A stretch of 64,000 nucleotides of DNA, taken from assembly GCA_025363655.1 (NCBI GenBank), contig JANYDK010000147.1, forward strand, positions 72,046 through 136,045, written 5' to 3'. Below, piece by piece: positions 36,194-45,750 of the stretch. The notes under the pieces are model-generated. The model made no database searches and was not told the origin of the DNA. It saw only the letters and a program-made list of their open reading frames with translations. Every line of letters starts with the position of its first letter. Positions within the stretch are counted from its first letter, which is position 1. The DNA is from Deltaproteobacteria bacterium. GTDB lineage: Bacteria; Myxococcota_A; Polyangia; Polyangiales; JADJMO01. A program made the translations under genes and the position numbers.

Positions 36194-38020
36194 TCATTTC
36201 ACGTCATACACGCAGCGAAATCCGACGTTGACCTCGCCGTTGAAGATGGCCTGCGACAACACGGCGTCGACGGTGAGGCTCTTCTCACTGGAGTCCCAAC
36301 CCCCGCCGCGTAGCTCGGCGAGCGGACCGTCGCGGACGTCGGTCCATTCCCAGAGGTTGCCCGCGAGATCGACGGCGCCTGCTGGGCTCGCGGTCGCTGG
36401 ATGCGCGCTGACGCTGGCGGTGCCGACGGGTTCCTTGCGACAGCCCCAGTTCTCGGGTCCGTAGCGAGCGAAGACCGCTTGCTCGCAGGTCGGCGTCTCG
36501 TTGCCCCAGGGAAAGCGCCGATGCTCTCCCGAAGTGGCCGCAGCGGTGAACTCACGTCCCGTCGGGAGACGACCCTGCACGTAGCCGCAGTACGTCGCCG
36601 CCTGCGCGTAGGTGACGCAGTTGACGGGGTGATCTTCGCGACCTTGCTCGTAGAGGTTGCAGACGTGGAAGCGCCGCAGCGCATCCTTCGGATCCCAGCC
36701 GTGCCCGTGCTCATGCGTCGTCACGCAGACGTCGGCGTCGATGCACGCGCGATAGGCGGCGACGGTCACCTCGGTGCGATCGACCTGCAACAGGTGACCC
36801 GCGAGTGCAACCTCGACGGTCGGTGGCGGCGGAGGAGGAGGTGGCGTGACGGCGGCGACGATCATCGCGCTCTCGCTCGCAGACGTCGAAGCCGAAGGCG
36901 CGCTCTGCACGGGAGAAGGCGCGACGACGTTCGACGAGGTTGCCGCCGAGGACGAAGGGGCGCCCCGACGACGGAGGATGGATTCGACGCCGAAGACGAC
37001 GAGGCCGAGCGTCACCGCGGTCGCGAGCACGATCGACGTCGGCAAGCGCGGCCGCTTCTTCGGCGAAGCCTCGCCACGAACGCGCGGCAGTGGCGGTGAC
37101 GAGAGAGGTGCGATGTGCGGCGCGATGCGAATGGCGGCGCTGAGGGCCTCGACGAAGGCAGCGGCGCTGGCGGGCCTCGCACGTGGATCGACCGCGAGCG
37201 CGCCGCTGAGCACGCGTTCCACCGGCTCGGCCACGAGGAGCCCGTGATCTCGCAGCGACGGGCGACGCGCGCGATCGACGAGGCGCTCGAAGTAGCTGCC
37301 GTCGTCGGGAAGGAACGTCTTCGCGCCGGACACCAGCTCGAGGTAGACGAGCGCGAGGGCGAAGACGTCGACGCGTGGGCCGATCGGTCCGAGCGACGAG
37401 TCGACCTGCTCGGGTGCGGCGTGACGCGCGGTGCGACGCTTCTCGGTGCCGGCGAGCCGATGAAGCATCGCGCTGCCGAGACAGAGGAGACGCGGTGCGC
37501 GATCTTCACCGACGACGATCGCCGAGGGCTCGAGTGAGCCGTGATGACCGTCGAGCGACTGCAACGTACCGAGCGTGTCGGCGAGTGGACGAAGGAAGGC
37601 CAGCGCCTCGAGGAGCGATCGACCGGGCTCACCGCGGGCGCGACGCTCGTCGAGCTCTTCTTCGAGCGTCTTGCCGACGACGAAAGCGCGGACGAGGGCG
37701 ACGACGGGCGGCGAGTGACCAGGGACCACGCCGAAGTGGATGACCTCCGGGATGCCACGCGCGTTGCCCGAGAGCGCGCGCAGCGCCTGGCCGTGACTGT
37801 GGACCTCGTCGAGCGCGTTCGTCGCGTCAGCGCCGGTGGCGCGCGTGGCCTCGATGACCCACGACGCCCCGTCCGGGCGACGTCCACGAAAGCGCGCAAA
37901 ATCAGGGTTCGCCGAGTTCGCGCTTCTCGGCCACGGCTCTTCGACGCGGACGCCCGCGAGCGTGACGCCGACGAGCTCGATCGCGTCGATCGCGGTGCCG
38001 TGCTTCACGACGCGGAGCAT
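36194..38020 (-). CDS. Degenerate Ser/Thr kinase domain + TM + FGE-sulfatase (SUMF1) domain
   Basis: Kinase remnants AAPEQ and DVFALA; C-terminal DRTEVTV, HPVNCV, GRLPT..E, FPWG, DLAGNLWEW, RGGGW and GFRC. Confidence 0.8.
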   Translation of the reverse strand: MLRVVKHGTAIDAIELVGVTLAGVRVEEPWPRSANSANPDFARFRGRRPDGASWVIEATRATGADATNALDEVHSHGQALRALSGNARGIPEVIHFGVVPGHSPPVVALVRAFVVGKTLEEELDERRARGEPGRSLLEALAFLRPLADTLGTLQSLDGHHGSLEPSAIVVGEDRAPRLLCLGSAMLHRLAGTEKRRTARHAAPEQVDSSLGPIGPRVDVFALALVYLELVSGAKTFLPDDGSYFERLVDRARRPSLRDHGLLVAEPVERVLSGALAVDPRARPASAAAFVEALSAAIRIAPHIAPLSSPPLPRVRGEASPKKRPRLPTSIVLATAVTLGLVVFGVESILRRRGAPSSSAATSSNVVAPSPVQSAPSASTSASESAMIVAAVTPPPPPPPPTVEVALAGHLLQVDRTEVTVAAYRACIDADVCVTTHEHGHGWDPKDALRRFHVCNLYEQGREDHPVNCVTYAQAATYCGYVQGRLPTGREFTAAATSGEHRRFPWGNETPTCEQAVFARYGPENWGCRKEPVGTASVSAHPATASPAGAVDLAGNLWEWTDVRDGPLAELRGGGWDSSEKSLTVDAVLSQAIFNGEVNVGFRCVYDVK

Positions 38021-38066
38021 GGGCGCTCACGCGTCGTGGATCTAGCTGCTCGGTCGCCGAAGCTAC

Positions 38067-38498
38067 TCAGGGCTCGGGCGGAACGGATGCTTTTTTGTCG
38101 CCTGCGGTGGCTGCAGCGATGGCTGCCTCTTTGCCGGCCGGTTCCCCGGCGTCGATGGCGCACTCGCCGAAGACGACCTGCATCTTGCCGCTCGCTGGCT
38201 GCAGCTTCACCTCGAGCGATCGTGCCTTGATGACGGTGTTGTCTTTGACGGCGCCGGAGAGGAGGACCGAGTCGGCGTCGAACTCGCCGGCGATCTCGCC
38301 CTCGGAGCGGAGGTCACCGACCTTCACCTTGCCGTGGACCGCGCCGCTCGGGCTCACGGTGAGAGCCGGCGCCTCGACGTCGCCCTCGATGCTGCCGCGC
38401 ACCACAACCGCGCAGGTCGACGAGAGCGACCCCTTGAAACGGGTCCCCTCTTCGATCAGCGTCTTCTTCTCGGAAGCCGCGCCCTTCACCTCGGCCAT
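38067..38498 (-). CDS. Bactofilin (polymer-forming cytoskeletal protein)
   Basis: TLIEEGTRFKGSL, V.G.IEGDV, LTVSPSGAVHGKV and GEC.I. Confidence 0.85.
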   Translation of the reverse strand: MAEVKGAASEKKTLIEEGTRFKGSLSSTCAVVVRGSIEGDVEAPALTVSPSGAVHGKVKVGDLRSEGEIAGEFDADSVLLSGAVKDNTVIKARSLEVKLQPASGKMQVVFGECAIDAGEPAGKEAAIAAATAGDKKASVPPEP

Positions 38499-39775
38499 TA
38501 CTTCTTCCTCCTTCCGTTACCCTTCGACGACGACGACTGCGCTCCCGGTTTCGCGATTTTCACCCGCAGGTTGCACCCAGGCTCGAAACCGAAACGCGTG
38601 AATGACTCTGGTTGCTCGATCGCTCCGACGAGCGAGGCCCCTTTGCTGACGACGAGCTGGCTCGGGCCGACGATGCCCGGCGAGTCGCCCTCGAAGAAGT
38701 GCCCGTGGATCGTGATGTTGCCCGCGCCTTGGATTTGGCATCCGGCGAGGACACCGTGCTTGCCGATGACGAGCTCGGTGCCGGTGCCGATGGTGATCGA
38801 GCAGTGCTCGAAGAGGCTCTCGATCTCCACCGACGCGCCCCCACCGAACTCGAGGCTGGCGTTGCGGAGGACGTCGCCCTTGCCGAAGTAACGCGTGCCC
38901 TGCGGACGGGTGGGGGCCTTCTCTTCGACCTCTTTGCCGCTGAGGAGCGCGACGATTTGCGCGTTGCGGAGCGGCTTGCTTCCGTCGCCTTCGGTGCTGG
39001 CGTCGATCCACTCGCAGGTGATGCCGGCGACCTCGGCGTCGGTGGCGACGACGCCGTTGAGCTTGGCGCCGGTGAGGATGGCGCCCTGCATGCGTGCGCC
39101 GGTGAAGTTGATTTTCCGCGCGTCGGCGTCGGTGAAGTCGGCGCCGGTGAGCGTCGAGTGCGAGAGGTTCACCTGCTGCATCGACGCCGAGACGAAGCGC
39201 GCCAAATTCGCGTTGGCGTCGCCCATTTCGGCGTGATCGAGGCGTGCCTTGGCGAAGTCGGCTTCCTCGAGGTTGGCCCCGCGAAGCGTGGCGTTGCGCA
39301 AATCGGCCTCGCCGAGGCGCGCGCCACCGAGGTAGCACTCGTCGAGATCGGCGTGAGTGAGGATCGAGTGGCTGAAGTCGGTCTTGCCGCAGTTGGCCGA
39401 CTGCAGCTCGGCGTATGCGAGACGCGCGCCCGAAAGATTGGCGTTCATCAGGTTCGCGCCTTCGAGGTTGGCGCGACCGAGGTTGGCTCCTCGCAAGTTC
39501 GCGTTCTCGAGGTTGCACCCTTCGAGATCGGCGCTCTCGAGGTTGGCGTCCTCGAGGTTGGCGCCGACGAGGAACGTCTCGCGCAAGCTGGCGTTCTTCA
39601 AGTTGGCGCGTTTGAGACTGGCCGCCTCCAAGTTGGCGCCGTCGAGCTCGCCACGCCGCAAGTTCACCCCGTCGAGCACGGCCCGCGGCAAGACGACGCC
39701 GCGGAGGTCGGCCCGTTCGAGCGACTCGCCCTTCTGGACCTTCTTGATCACCTCGTCAGGCTGAAGACTCGGCAT
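38498..39775 (-). CDS. Pentapeptide-repeat protein fused to a C-terminal bactofilin-like beta-helix
   Basis: About 45 A(N/D)Lxx repeats, then RYFGKGDVL...LVIGKHGVL...NITIHGHF...LVVSKGASLVGAI; TAATG coupling to the bactofilin gene. Confidence 0.85.
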   Translation of the reverse strand: MPSLQPDEVIKKVQKGESLERADLRGVVLPRAVLDGVNLRRGELDGANLEAASLKRANLKNASLRETFLVGANLEDANLESADLEGCNLENANLRGANLGRANLEGANLMNANLSGARLAYAELQSANCGKTDFSHSILTHADLDECYLGGARLGEADLRNATLRGANLEEADFAKARLDHAEMGDANANLARFVSASMQQVNLSHSTLTGADFTDADARKINFTGARMQGAILTGAKLNGVVATDAEVAGITCEWIDASTEGDGSKPLRNAQIVALLSGKEVEEKAPTRPQGTRYFGKGDVLRNASLEFGGGASVEIESLFEHCSITIGTGTELVIGKHGVLAGCQIQGAGNITIHGHFFEGDSPGIVGPSQLVVSKGASLVGAIEQPESFTRFGFEPGCNLRVKIAKPGAQSSSSKGNGRRKK

Positions 39776-39836
39776 TCGCGAACACTCTCCTTCCCATTCT
39801 CACCCACAGAAGCACGATTCACGATTCAGATTCGAA

Positions 39837-41195
39837 TCACTTCTTCTCGAGCGAGCGCTGCGCATACTCCTCGAGGGCCTCCACCTTACGCTCGAACGCC
39901 AGTCGTTCGAGTGACTTCGTCACTTCGACCTCGCCGAGGCGCGCGAGGTGGAGCTGAATTTCGGCGAGCGCGCCGTCGCGATCCTTGCGGAGCTGGCGCT
40001 TCAGACGTTGCGTGCGCGCGTCGGGGAGCGCCGCGGCGTTGCGCTCGTAGTCGCCGTGCACGCGGCGCAGGTTCTGCACCATTTTCACGAGATGCTCGCG
40101 CTCTTGGGTGCGCGCCTCGTCTTTCGGCGCCGCCATGATCTCGCGTTTGTACTGTTGGAAGCGCTCGCAGATGCGCTCGGCGAGCGGCAAATCGAGCCCG
40201 GCAGCGTGCGCGACGTCACCGGCCTTGGCCACCAGCAGCATGTCGAGCGCGGAGAGACCGGCGGCATAGAGCTTGTCGAGGGTGACACGGCCGACGCCGG
40301 GGACCTGCATGAGGATGGCATGGACGATCACCGCTTCGCGCGCGTTTCGCTCTTCGCCGAGCGCGAAGGTCTGTGGCATCAACGTCACGAGGGTGGCGTA
40401 GCTGCCTTGCAGTCGTTCTTTCGCTGGCCCGGCGACCGTACGCGCGTTGACCCCCGAAGCGGCGTCGAGCGCGGCGATGAAGTCGTCGAGCGCCGGACAG
40501 AGGCCGTCGATGTGGATGGGCTCGGCGGCTTTACGCAGCGAAATCACCGCCGGTTTGCAGATGGCAAGCCACTCGCGGCTGGGCTCGCCCCACTGCAGCT
40601 CGATGACGAAATCCCGCACCTGGCGCATGTAGTTGGCGGCGATTTGCCCGAAGAGCTCGCGCATCGCAGCGATGTCGTGGGCGCCATGACCGGCGAGCGG
40701 CGGCGCCGAGCCCGCAGCGCCCCCGGAGACGCCCATCATCTGATCGAACGCGGTGTCGATCTCTTCCATGAACCCGGAGCTGACCGGTTCTGGGAGATAC
40801 GAAGGACGCGAGACGCGGTTGGTCGTCGGCTCGGGATCGCTCGGCGGCGGCTGCGGCAACGGCGGCGCCGAAGGATGGACGCGATCGGCGAGGCTGGGCT
40901 CGGGCTCGGCCCACTGCTCGGGGAGAACGGGACGAAACTTCGAGCTCTTCTTCGAAAGCGGCTGACCGATGCCGACGATTTTCGAGGGAGCGATCGGCAC
41001 GAGCACCTCGGAGCCGAGCGGCGGCGTCGCGCGCTTGCCGAGACCGGGGTTGGTCTGCGACGGAGGCAGCGGCGGCGTCAGCCCACGCTGAGTCACCCGC
41101 GGCAACGGCGGCGCTTGGGGCTTACGCACTGGCTCCGCGGGGGGCTCATCGGGGGGCGATCCCGACGTCGATCCGCCCCGGCGTGACACGCTCAT
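39837..41195 (-). CDS. Pro-rich protein with a helix-hairpin-helix domain and coiled coil
   Basis: QVPGVGRVTLDKLYAAGL...DVAHAAGLDLPLAERI resembles an HhH motif; start uncertain. Confidence 0.65.
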   Translation of the reverse strand: MSVSRRGGSTSGSPPDEPPAEPVRKPQAPPLPRVTQRGLTPPLPPSQTNPGLGKRATPPLGSEVLVPIAPSKIVGIGQPLSKKSSKFRPVLPEQWAEPEPSLADRVHPSAPPLPQPPPSDPEPTTNRVSRPSYLPEPVSSGFMEEIDTAFDQMMGVSGGAAGSAPPLAGHGAHDIAAMRELFGQIAANYMRQVRDFVIELQWGEPSREWLAICKPAVISLRKAAEPIHIDGLCPALDDFIAALDAASGVNARTVAGPAKERLQGSYATLVTLMPQTFALGEERNAREAVIVHAILMQVPGVGRVTLDKLYAAGLSALDMLLVAKAGDVAHAAGLDLPLAERICERFQQYKREIMAAPKDEARTQEREHLVKMVQNLRRVHGDYERNAAALPDARTQRLKRQLRKDRDGALAEIQLHLARLGEVEVTKSLERLAFERKVEALEEYAQRSLEKK

Positions 41196-41441
41196 CGACC
41201 ACCTCGACGATTGAACCGCCACGCATCGGCGGAAGCGACGCAGTCTCGGTCGCTGGAATCAGCATACCCATCCGCATCGCGACGCCGAGCGAATTCGGAA
41301 CGATGACGAGCGCGCGGCGCGCACCTCCACGCACGTGCGGAAAACTCTGCCGAAGTCGTACGTCTTCGCGCACGGCACTCGTCACATGCGCAGCCTTGTC
41401 AGTGCGTGCGAAATCGTGCGAAGGCGACGTCACACGCGCGG

Positions 41442-41615
41442 TCACTCGCGAATCGGTAGGCGCATGACGACGGCGGTGCCTTTGCCGGGTCCGGTGTCGA
41501 TGTCGATCCTGCCGCCCATCCCGGTGACGATGCCGAAGACGACCGAGAGGCCGAGACCGGTTCCGACGCCTGGTGGTTTGGTGGTGAAGAAGGGCTCGAA
41601 CGCGCGCGCTTGCTT
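41442..41615 (-). pseudogene. Orphan C-terminal fragment of a histidine-kinase ATPase (HATPase_c) domain
   Basis: RAFEPFFTTKPPGVGTGLGLSVVFGIV..MGGRI.I.T.PGKGT...RLP with no N-box, G1 box or HisKA domain upstream. Confidence 0.75.
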
Positions 41616-41758
41616 TCGTGGATCGTCGTCGTCGATGCGACCTTGCGCGACTCGGCAGCGACAAGTTGTCGGCACGCCTGGAGGAGCCTGCGAGGCTGCC
41701 GCACCCTCGGGCAATTTGAGTCACGCTCCGCGAGAGGCACCGCTACCATCGCTCGTCG

Positions 41759-42610
41759 ATGCCCCAGGAATCTCGGCGGCAGCGCGACTTCCGGCTCACA
41801 CTCGCCGCGGCCCTCGCAGCCTCGTGTGCATGTCGCGCCGAGACCATCGACAAGCCGACGGCGCCGAGCATGTCGGAGATCGTCGCTGCCTTCGCCACTC
41901 CGAACGGGACCCTCGATGCGAGCACGGGCGTCGAAGCGCGCACCGCGGTCGATGCCGCCATCGACGGCCTCATCGGCGCCGGCGTACCGCAACTCATCTA
42001 CGACACGGTCGTGAAGGCGGCGAACGACGCCGAGGCGAAGAACGGAGCCACGAGTAGCGCGATCGATTCGCACATGACGCCGAGTCTCGGAACGGAAGGC
42101 TTCGATGGAGATGGCTTCGCGCGACTGACGCGCATCTGCTCGGGATGGGCCGCGACGCCCGTCGCCGACGACGCCACGAGCGGCCATCTCCAACTCACCT
42201 TCGGCTTCGACGCCGTCGCGCTCGATCCCGTCGTCTGGGGTGGCGCCGAGAAGTGTCGCTATCTCACGAGCGGACGACGTCTCCTCCTCGATCACGGTTC
42301 GAGCGCCGACGACGTGCGCGTGTACCTCGGACCGCGCACCAAAGTGAGTGATCTCGGAACCTCGCCGATGATCCTCGCGCTCGATCTGAAAGCCTCGCTC
42401 GACGATCGCGCGCTCGCGGCGAAGTTGGTCGTCCAATTCACGCCGGCAACGACGCGCCTCGAGCTCCTCGTGCCGGTGTCGAGCGGGAGCCTCGTGCTCT
42501 CGCTCGAATCGGGCGTCGTCGTGCAAGCGCGCGCGAAAAATGGAGTCTTCGCGTGCACGCCGGCCACGCACAAATGCGTCGACTCGGTCGGCTTCGAAGT
42601 GACGCTGTGA
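41759..42610 (+). CDS. Hypothetical lipoprotein
   Basis: Signal ending LAASCAC; GC3-biased frame; GTGA coupling to the next gene. Confidence 0.7.
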   Translation: MPQESRRQRDFRLTLAAALAASCACRAETIDKPTAPSMSEIVAAFATPNGTLDASTGVEARTAVDAAIDGLIGAGVPQLIYDTVVKAANDAEAKNGATSSAIDSHMTPSLGTEGFDGDGFARLTRICSGWAATPVADDATSGHLQLTFGFDAVALDPVVWGGAEKCRYLTSGRRLLLDHGSSADDVRVYLGPRTKVSDLGTSPMILALDLKASLDDRALAAKLVVQFTPATTRLELLVPVSSGSLVLSLESGVVVQARAKNGVFACTPATHKCVDSVGFEVTL

Positions 42611-43416
42611 TCGCCCGACGCCTTGGCGCGCCCTTCGCGCTCGCAACGACGCTCGCGACGGGAATCGCATCGGCGAAGCACACCGAGACCGATCGCATCG
42701 TCGATCAGACCGCGTACACCCTGCCCGCCGGTCGATTCCAAGTCGGTCTCCTTCGCCAAGAGTGGAGCCCGATCAAGCGGCTGATGGTCGGCACCTATGC
42801 CTTGCCGTGGCTCCTCCGCGTCGTGAATGGGCACGTGAAGGTTCGCTTCGTCGGAGAAGATCCGGTCGCGCTCTCGTTCGGGCTCGGCGTGTTCCGCGTC
42901 GCGCCGGCGGCGTTGCAGAAGGACAGCGGCAACGCCGTCATCACCGCGGTCCCGCTCGATCTCACCTGCTCGTGGCGAGTGAACGATCGCTGGACGCTCT
43001 CGCAATCGCTGATCTACACGACGGTCACCGTGCGCGGCTCGTACGATCCGGCAGAGCTCCAGGGCGTCGCCGCGGTCACCAACCTCCAACTGGCGACGAC
43101 CGCCGAGCTGCGCGTGAGCGAGGTGACCGCCTTCGTCGCGCAGCTTCGGTACCTCGCCTTCCAACGCGCCAACGGTCGCGCCGTGAGCACCCTCCACCCC
43201 GACGACTTCGACACGCTGCACGTCGAGGCGGTCGGCTCCTCCGACGCGCTCGACTTCCACTTCGCCGGTTCGATCGTGCCGAGCGTCGTCTTCTCGTGGA
43301 GCGTCTTCACGCTGCGGATGGGCGTCGGGTACGGGAATTACAGCGTCCCCGGCATCAACTTGGTTCTTCCGAAGAAGACGCCGATCGCGGATTTGGACTT
43401 CTACTTCCGCTTCTAG
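42607..43416 (+). CDS. Putative outer-membrane beta-barrel protein
   Basis: Signal peptide, TAYTLPAG start motif, amphipathic strands, ends DLDFYFRF. Confidence 0.65.
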   Translation: MIARRLGAPFALATTLATGIASAKHTETDRIVDQTAYTLPAGRFQVGLLRQEWSPIKRLMVGTYALPWLLRVVNGHVKVRFVGEDPVALSFGLGVFRVAPAALQKDSGNAVITAVPLDLTCSWRVNDRWTLSQSLIYTTVTVRGSYDPAELQGVAAVTNLQLATTAELRVSEVTAFVAQLRYLAFQRANGRAVSTLHPDDFDTLHVEAVGSSDALDFHFAGSIVPSVVFSWSVFTLRMGVGYGNYSVPGINLVLPKKTPIADLDFYFRF

Positions 43417-44679
43417 TCACTTCGGCGCGGCGACCATCCCGCCCGGCGTGAGCACCGAGGGCGGCCCTGCTGCGCTTGGCGATTCCTTCGCCAGCTTCAC
43501 GTCTTTTTCGAACTCGTCGACGGTCCGTTTCTTCTCGTCGCTCTGCCACTCGGCGTCGGAGAAGTCGCCGTCCGCATACGCCTTCGTCGTGTGGAAGACC
43601 CCCTTCGTGTCCTTGAGGTTCTCGCGATCGGGACTGACGTCTTCCTTGAGGAGAAAGCCGCTCAAGTCGCGAACCTTGAACGGCGCGATCGCGTGGTTGT
43701 CTTTGACCAACTTGCCGAAGACGAGCATGTGCGCGTTCGTCGTCCCGGAGGCGAGGGACGCGTTGTGCTCGAGGAGCGCGAAGCCTTTGCCAGCAGCGTC
43801 TTCCACGCGCGCGGTGAGCACGTAGCGACCGGCTTTCTTCACGTCCATCTCGAGATCGAGCGCCAGCGAGCCGTTCACCATCGACTCGGTGACGCGCCCG
43901 GTGAAGCGCGCGGGCTCTGCCGCGGTGTAGTCGAATTGGAAGAACGCCTGACCGTCATCGCCCTGGTATTTGAGCCAAACGGCGATGCCGATGCGGTTGT
44001 CTTTGCCCGCCAGCGAAGTGGCCGAGGGCGTGAAGACGGAGGTGAAGGTGTCGTCACCCGCCTTTACGTCGGTGTTCTGACCGTCGTCGGCGAAGCGTAC
44101 CGGGATGGTCGGCGTGTTGGGCGGCGGCGGCACCGCGGTGGCCTCGGCCGAGCTGATGGCGCAAGGGAAGGTCTTGCCCTGACCTTCGCAGGTGACCTCG
44201 AACCGAATCGATTCGTCGCCGACGACGAACGCGGTCGATTGCGAGAGGCGCACCACTACGTCGCCGCGCTTGCTCCCGTCCTTCTTCACGAAGAGCTGCT
44301 TGCGCTCCGACGCCGTGTCTGGGGTCGCCAAATCTGGATGGTCCGACAGCGGGCGCGACTCCGGCGGATAGCGCGCCCAGAGCAGATAGTGATCGAGCTG
44401 ATCTTGCGCGTGCTTGACGCGATCGATGACCAAACCAGTCGGCGCCGGCGCGTTCGGTCCTCCATCGCCACCGCCCATCGCTTGCCACGCCGCCATCGCG
44501 TCGACCGGATCTTTGCCCGTAGGTCCCAAGGGAGGAGCGTTCGTCGCGCCCGACGAGCTCGTGGGTGCACCGGACGGCGGCTGGGGATCGCCGCGGAAGA
44601 TCGCCCACAGCAGCACGCCCGCCACCAACGCGACGAGCGCGCCGCCGACGTAGAGGCGTCTGCGATCCGGTTCGCTCAC
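43417..44679 (-). CDS. Membrane-anchored protein with a DDG...D..AGD (choice-of-anchor X-like) Ig-type domain
   Basis: N-terminal TM; FADDGQNTDVKAGDDTFTSVF. Confidence 0.65.
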   Translation of the reverse strand: MSEPDRRRLYVGGALVALVAGVLLWAIFRGDPQPPSGAPTSSSGATNAPPLGPTGKDPVDAMAAWQAMGGGDGGPNAPAPTGLVIDRVKHAQDQLDHYLLWARYPPESRPLSDHPDLATPDTASERKQLFVKKDGSKRGDVVVRLSQSTAFVVGDESIRFEVTCEGQGKTFPCAISSAEATAVPPPPNTPTIPVRFADDGQNTDVKAGDDTFTSVFTPSATSLAGKDNRIGIAVWLKYQGDDGQAFFQFDYTAAEPARFTGRVTESMVNGSLALDLEMDVKKAGRYVLTARVEDAAGKGFALLEHNASLASGTTNAHMLVFGKLVKDNHAIAPFKVRDLSGFLLKEDVSPDRENLKDTKGVFHTTKAYADGDFSDAEWQSDEKKRTVDEFEKDVKLAKESPSAAGPPSVLTPGGMVAAPK

Positions 44680-44700
44680 GACGATGACACTACGTGAGGA

Positions 44701-45564
44701 TCACAGTGCGTACGAGACGATCCACGGACGAAGGACGGAGACGCTGCCCTGCCAGTTGCCGTTCGTATAGTGGTTGTAGCTCTCGCTCTGATCGACGAAT
44801 GCACCGACGTGGTTCGCGTAGAGCGACTTGCCGCTGGAGTACCACTGCAGCGAGCCGTTCGAGATCTGCACGTAGTTGTCGCAGAACCAATCGCTCCAAT
44901 TGCAGATGCTGCCCGTGGTCGAAACGCCGAGCGCCGAGTGGTACGCAATCGCCTCGTCGTCCTGGCCGGGGAGCGTACCCGAGTAGAGCGTGCCGGAGGC
45001 GCCGGCGAAGTGATAGACGTACTTCCCGGTCGTCGTGCCGTGGTTGTACATCGGGCGAATCGTGCCGGTGCGGAGATCGGTAGTGAGGTAGTCGCTGACC
45101 GCCCAGTAGCCCATGTCGGCGAGCTCGCTGCCGCCCGAGGCCGCCGCCGCTTCGCCGATCCACTTGATGTTCCAACCGACCTGCGTGCCGCCGCCGGGGA
45201 TGCTCCGCGTCGAGGTGCCGTAGAGCGCCAGCGCGTAACCGATTTGCGCGGCGCCCGCCGAGTGGTCGGCGATGTAGCACCAGTTCTGGCCGGTGCAGAA
45301 CTGATCGAGCGCGGTGCGAATGACGCCGTTGGTGTCGGCAATGCGGCCGGTGCCGTTCCAGTTGACCGCTTGCTTGTTCACGCCCGCGGCGGTGCTCGCC
45401 GGGCCCCAGTACGAGAAGTCTTGGTAGTTGCCCTGCTGCGTCGCAGTGCCGCTGTTGCGCCCATGAATCCACAGCGTGTAATTCGCTGCGCTGGCTTCGC
45501 TGCTGATCGCGAGGGTGGAGACGAGAGCGGCAGCGGCGGCGACGACGAGGGCGGTGCGCTTCAT
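44701..45564 (-). CDS. Secreted lipase-like alpha/beta hydrolase
   Basis: Signal peptide ending ASA; WIHG, elbow DHSAG, GGSELA, DEAIAYHS and a C-terminal NH. Confidence 0.7.
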   Translation of the reverse strand: MKRTALVVAAAAALVSTLAISSEASAANYTLWIHGRNSGTATQQGNYQDFSYWGPASTAAGVNKQAVNWNGTGRIADTNGVIRTALDQFCTGQNWCYIADHSAGAAQIGYALALYGTSTRSIPGGGTQVGWNIKWIGEAAAASGGSELADMGYWAVSDYLTTDLRTGTIRPMYNHGTTTGKYVYHFAGASGTLYSGTLPGQDDEAIAYHSALGVSTTGSICNWSDWFCDNYVQISNGSLQWYSSGKSLYANHVGAFVDQSESYNHYTNGNWQGSVSVLRPWIVSYAL

Positions 45565-45750
45565 GACGTTGTGACATCGCAACGTCAGTGCCACTCTATT
45601 TTTCCGCGCTCATTGGCCGACGCGTTCAGAAAGCAAACGACCATTCGTTCAATCTCCGAACGCGGCGTACGGAAAGCTTACGCAGCAAGAGCATTGACGC
45701 GTCAGGGCGTGACGGTGTCGTTGGCGCGGGTGCCCTGGTACTTTCGCCGC

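Noticed and set aside
36194-36400. DGR variable region in the FGE domain
   Set aside because: No template repeat or reverse transcriptase is visible in the window.
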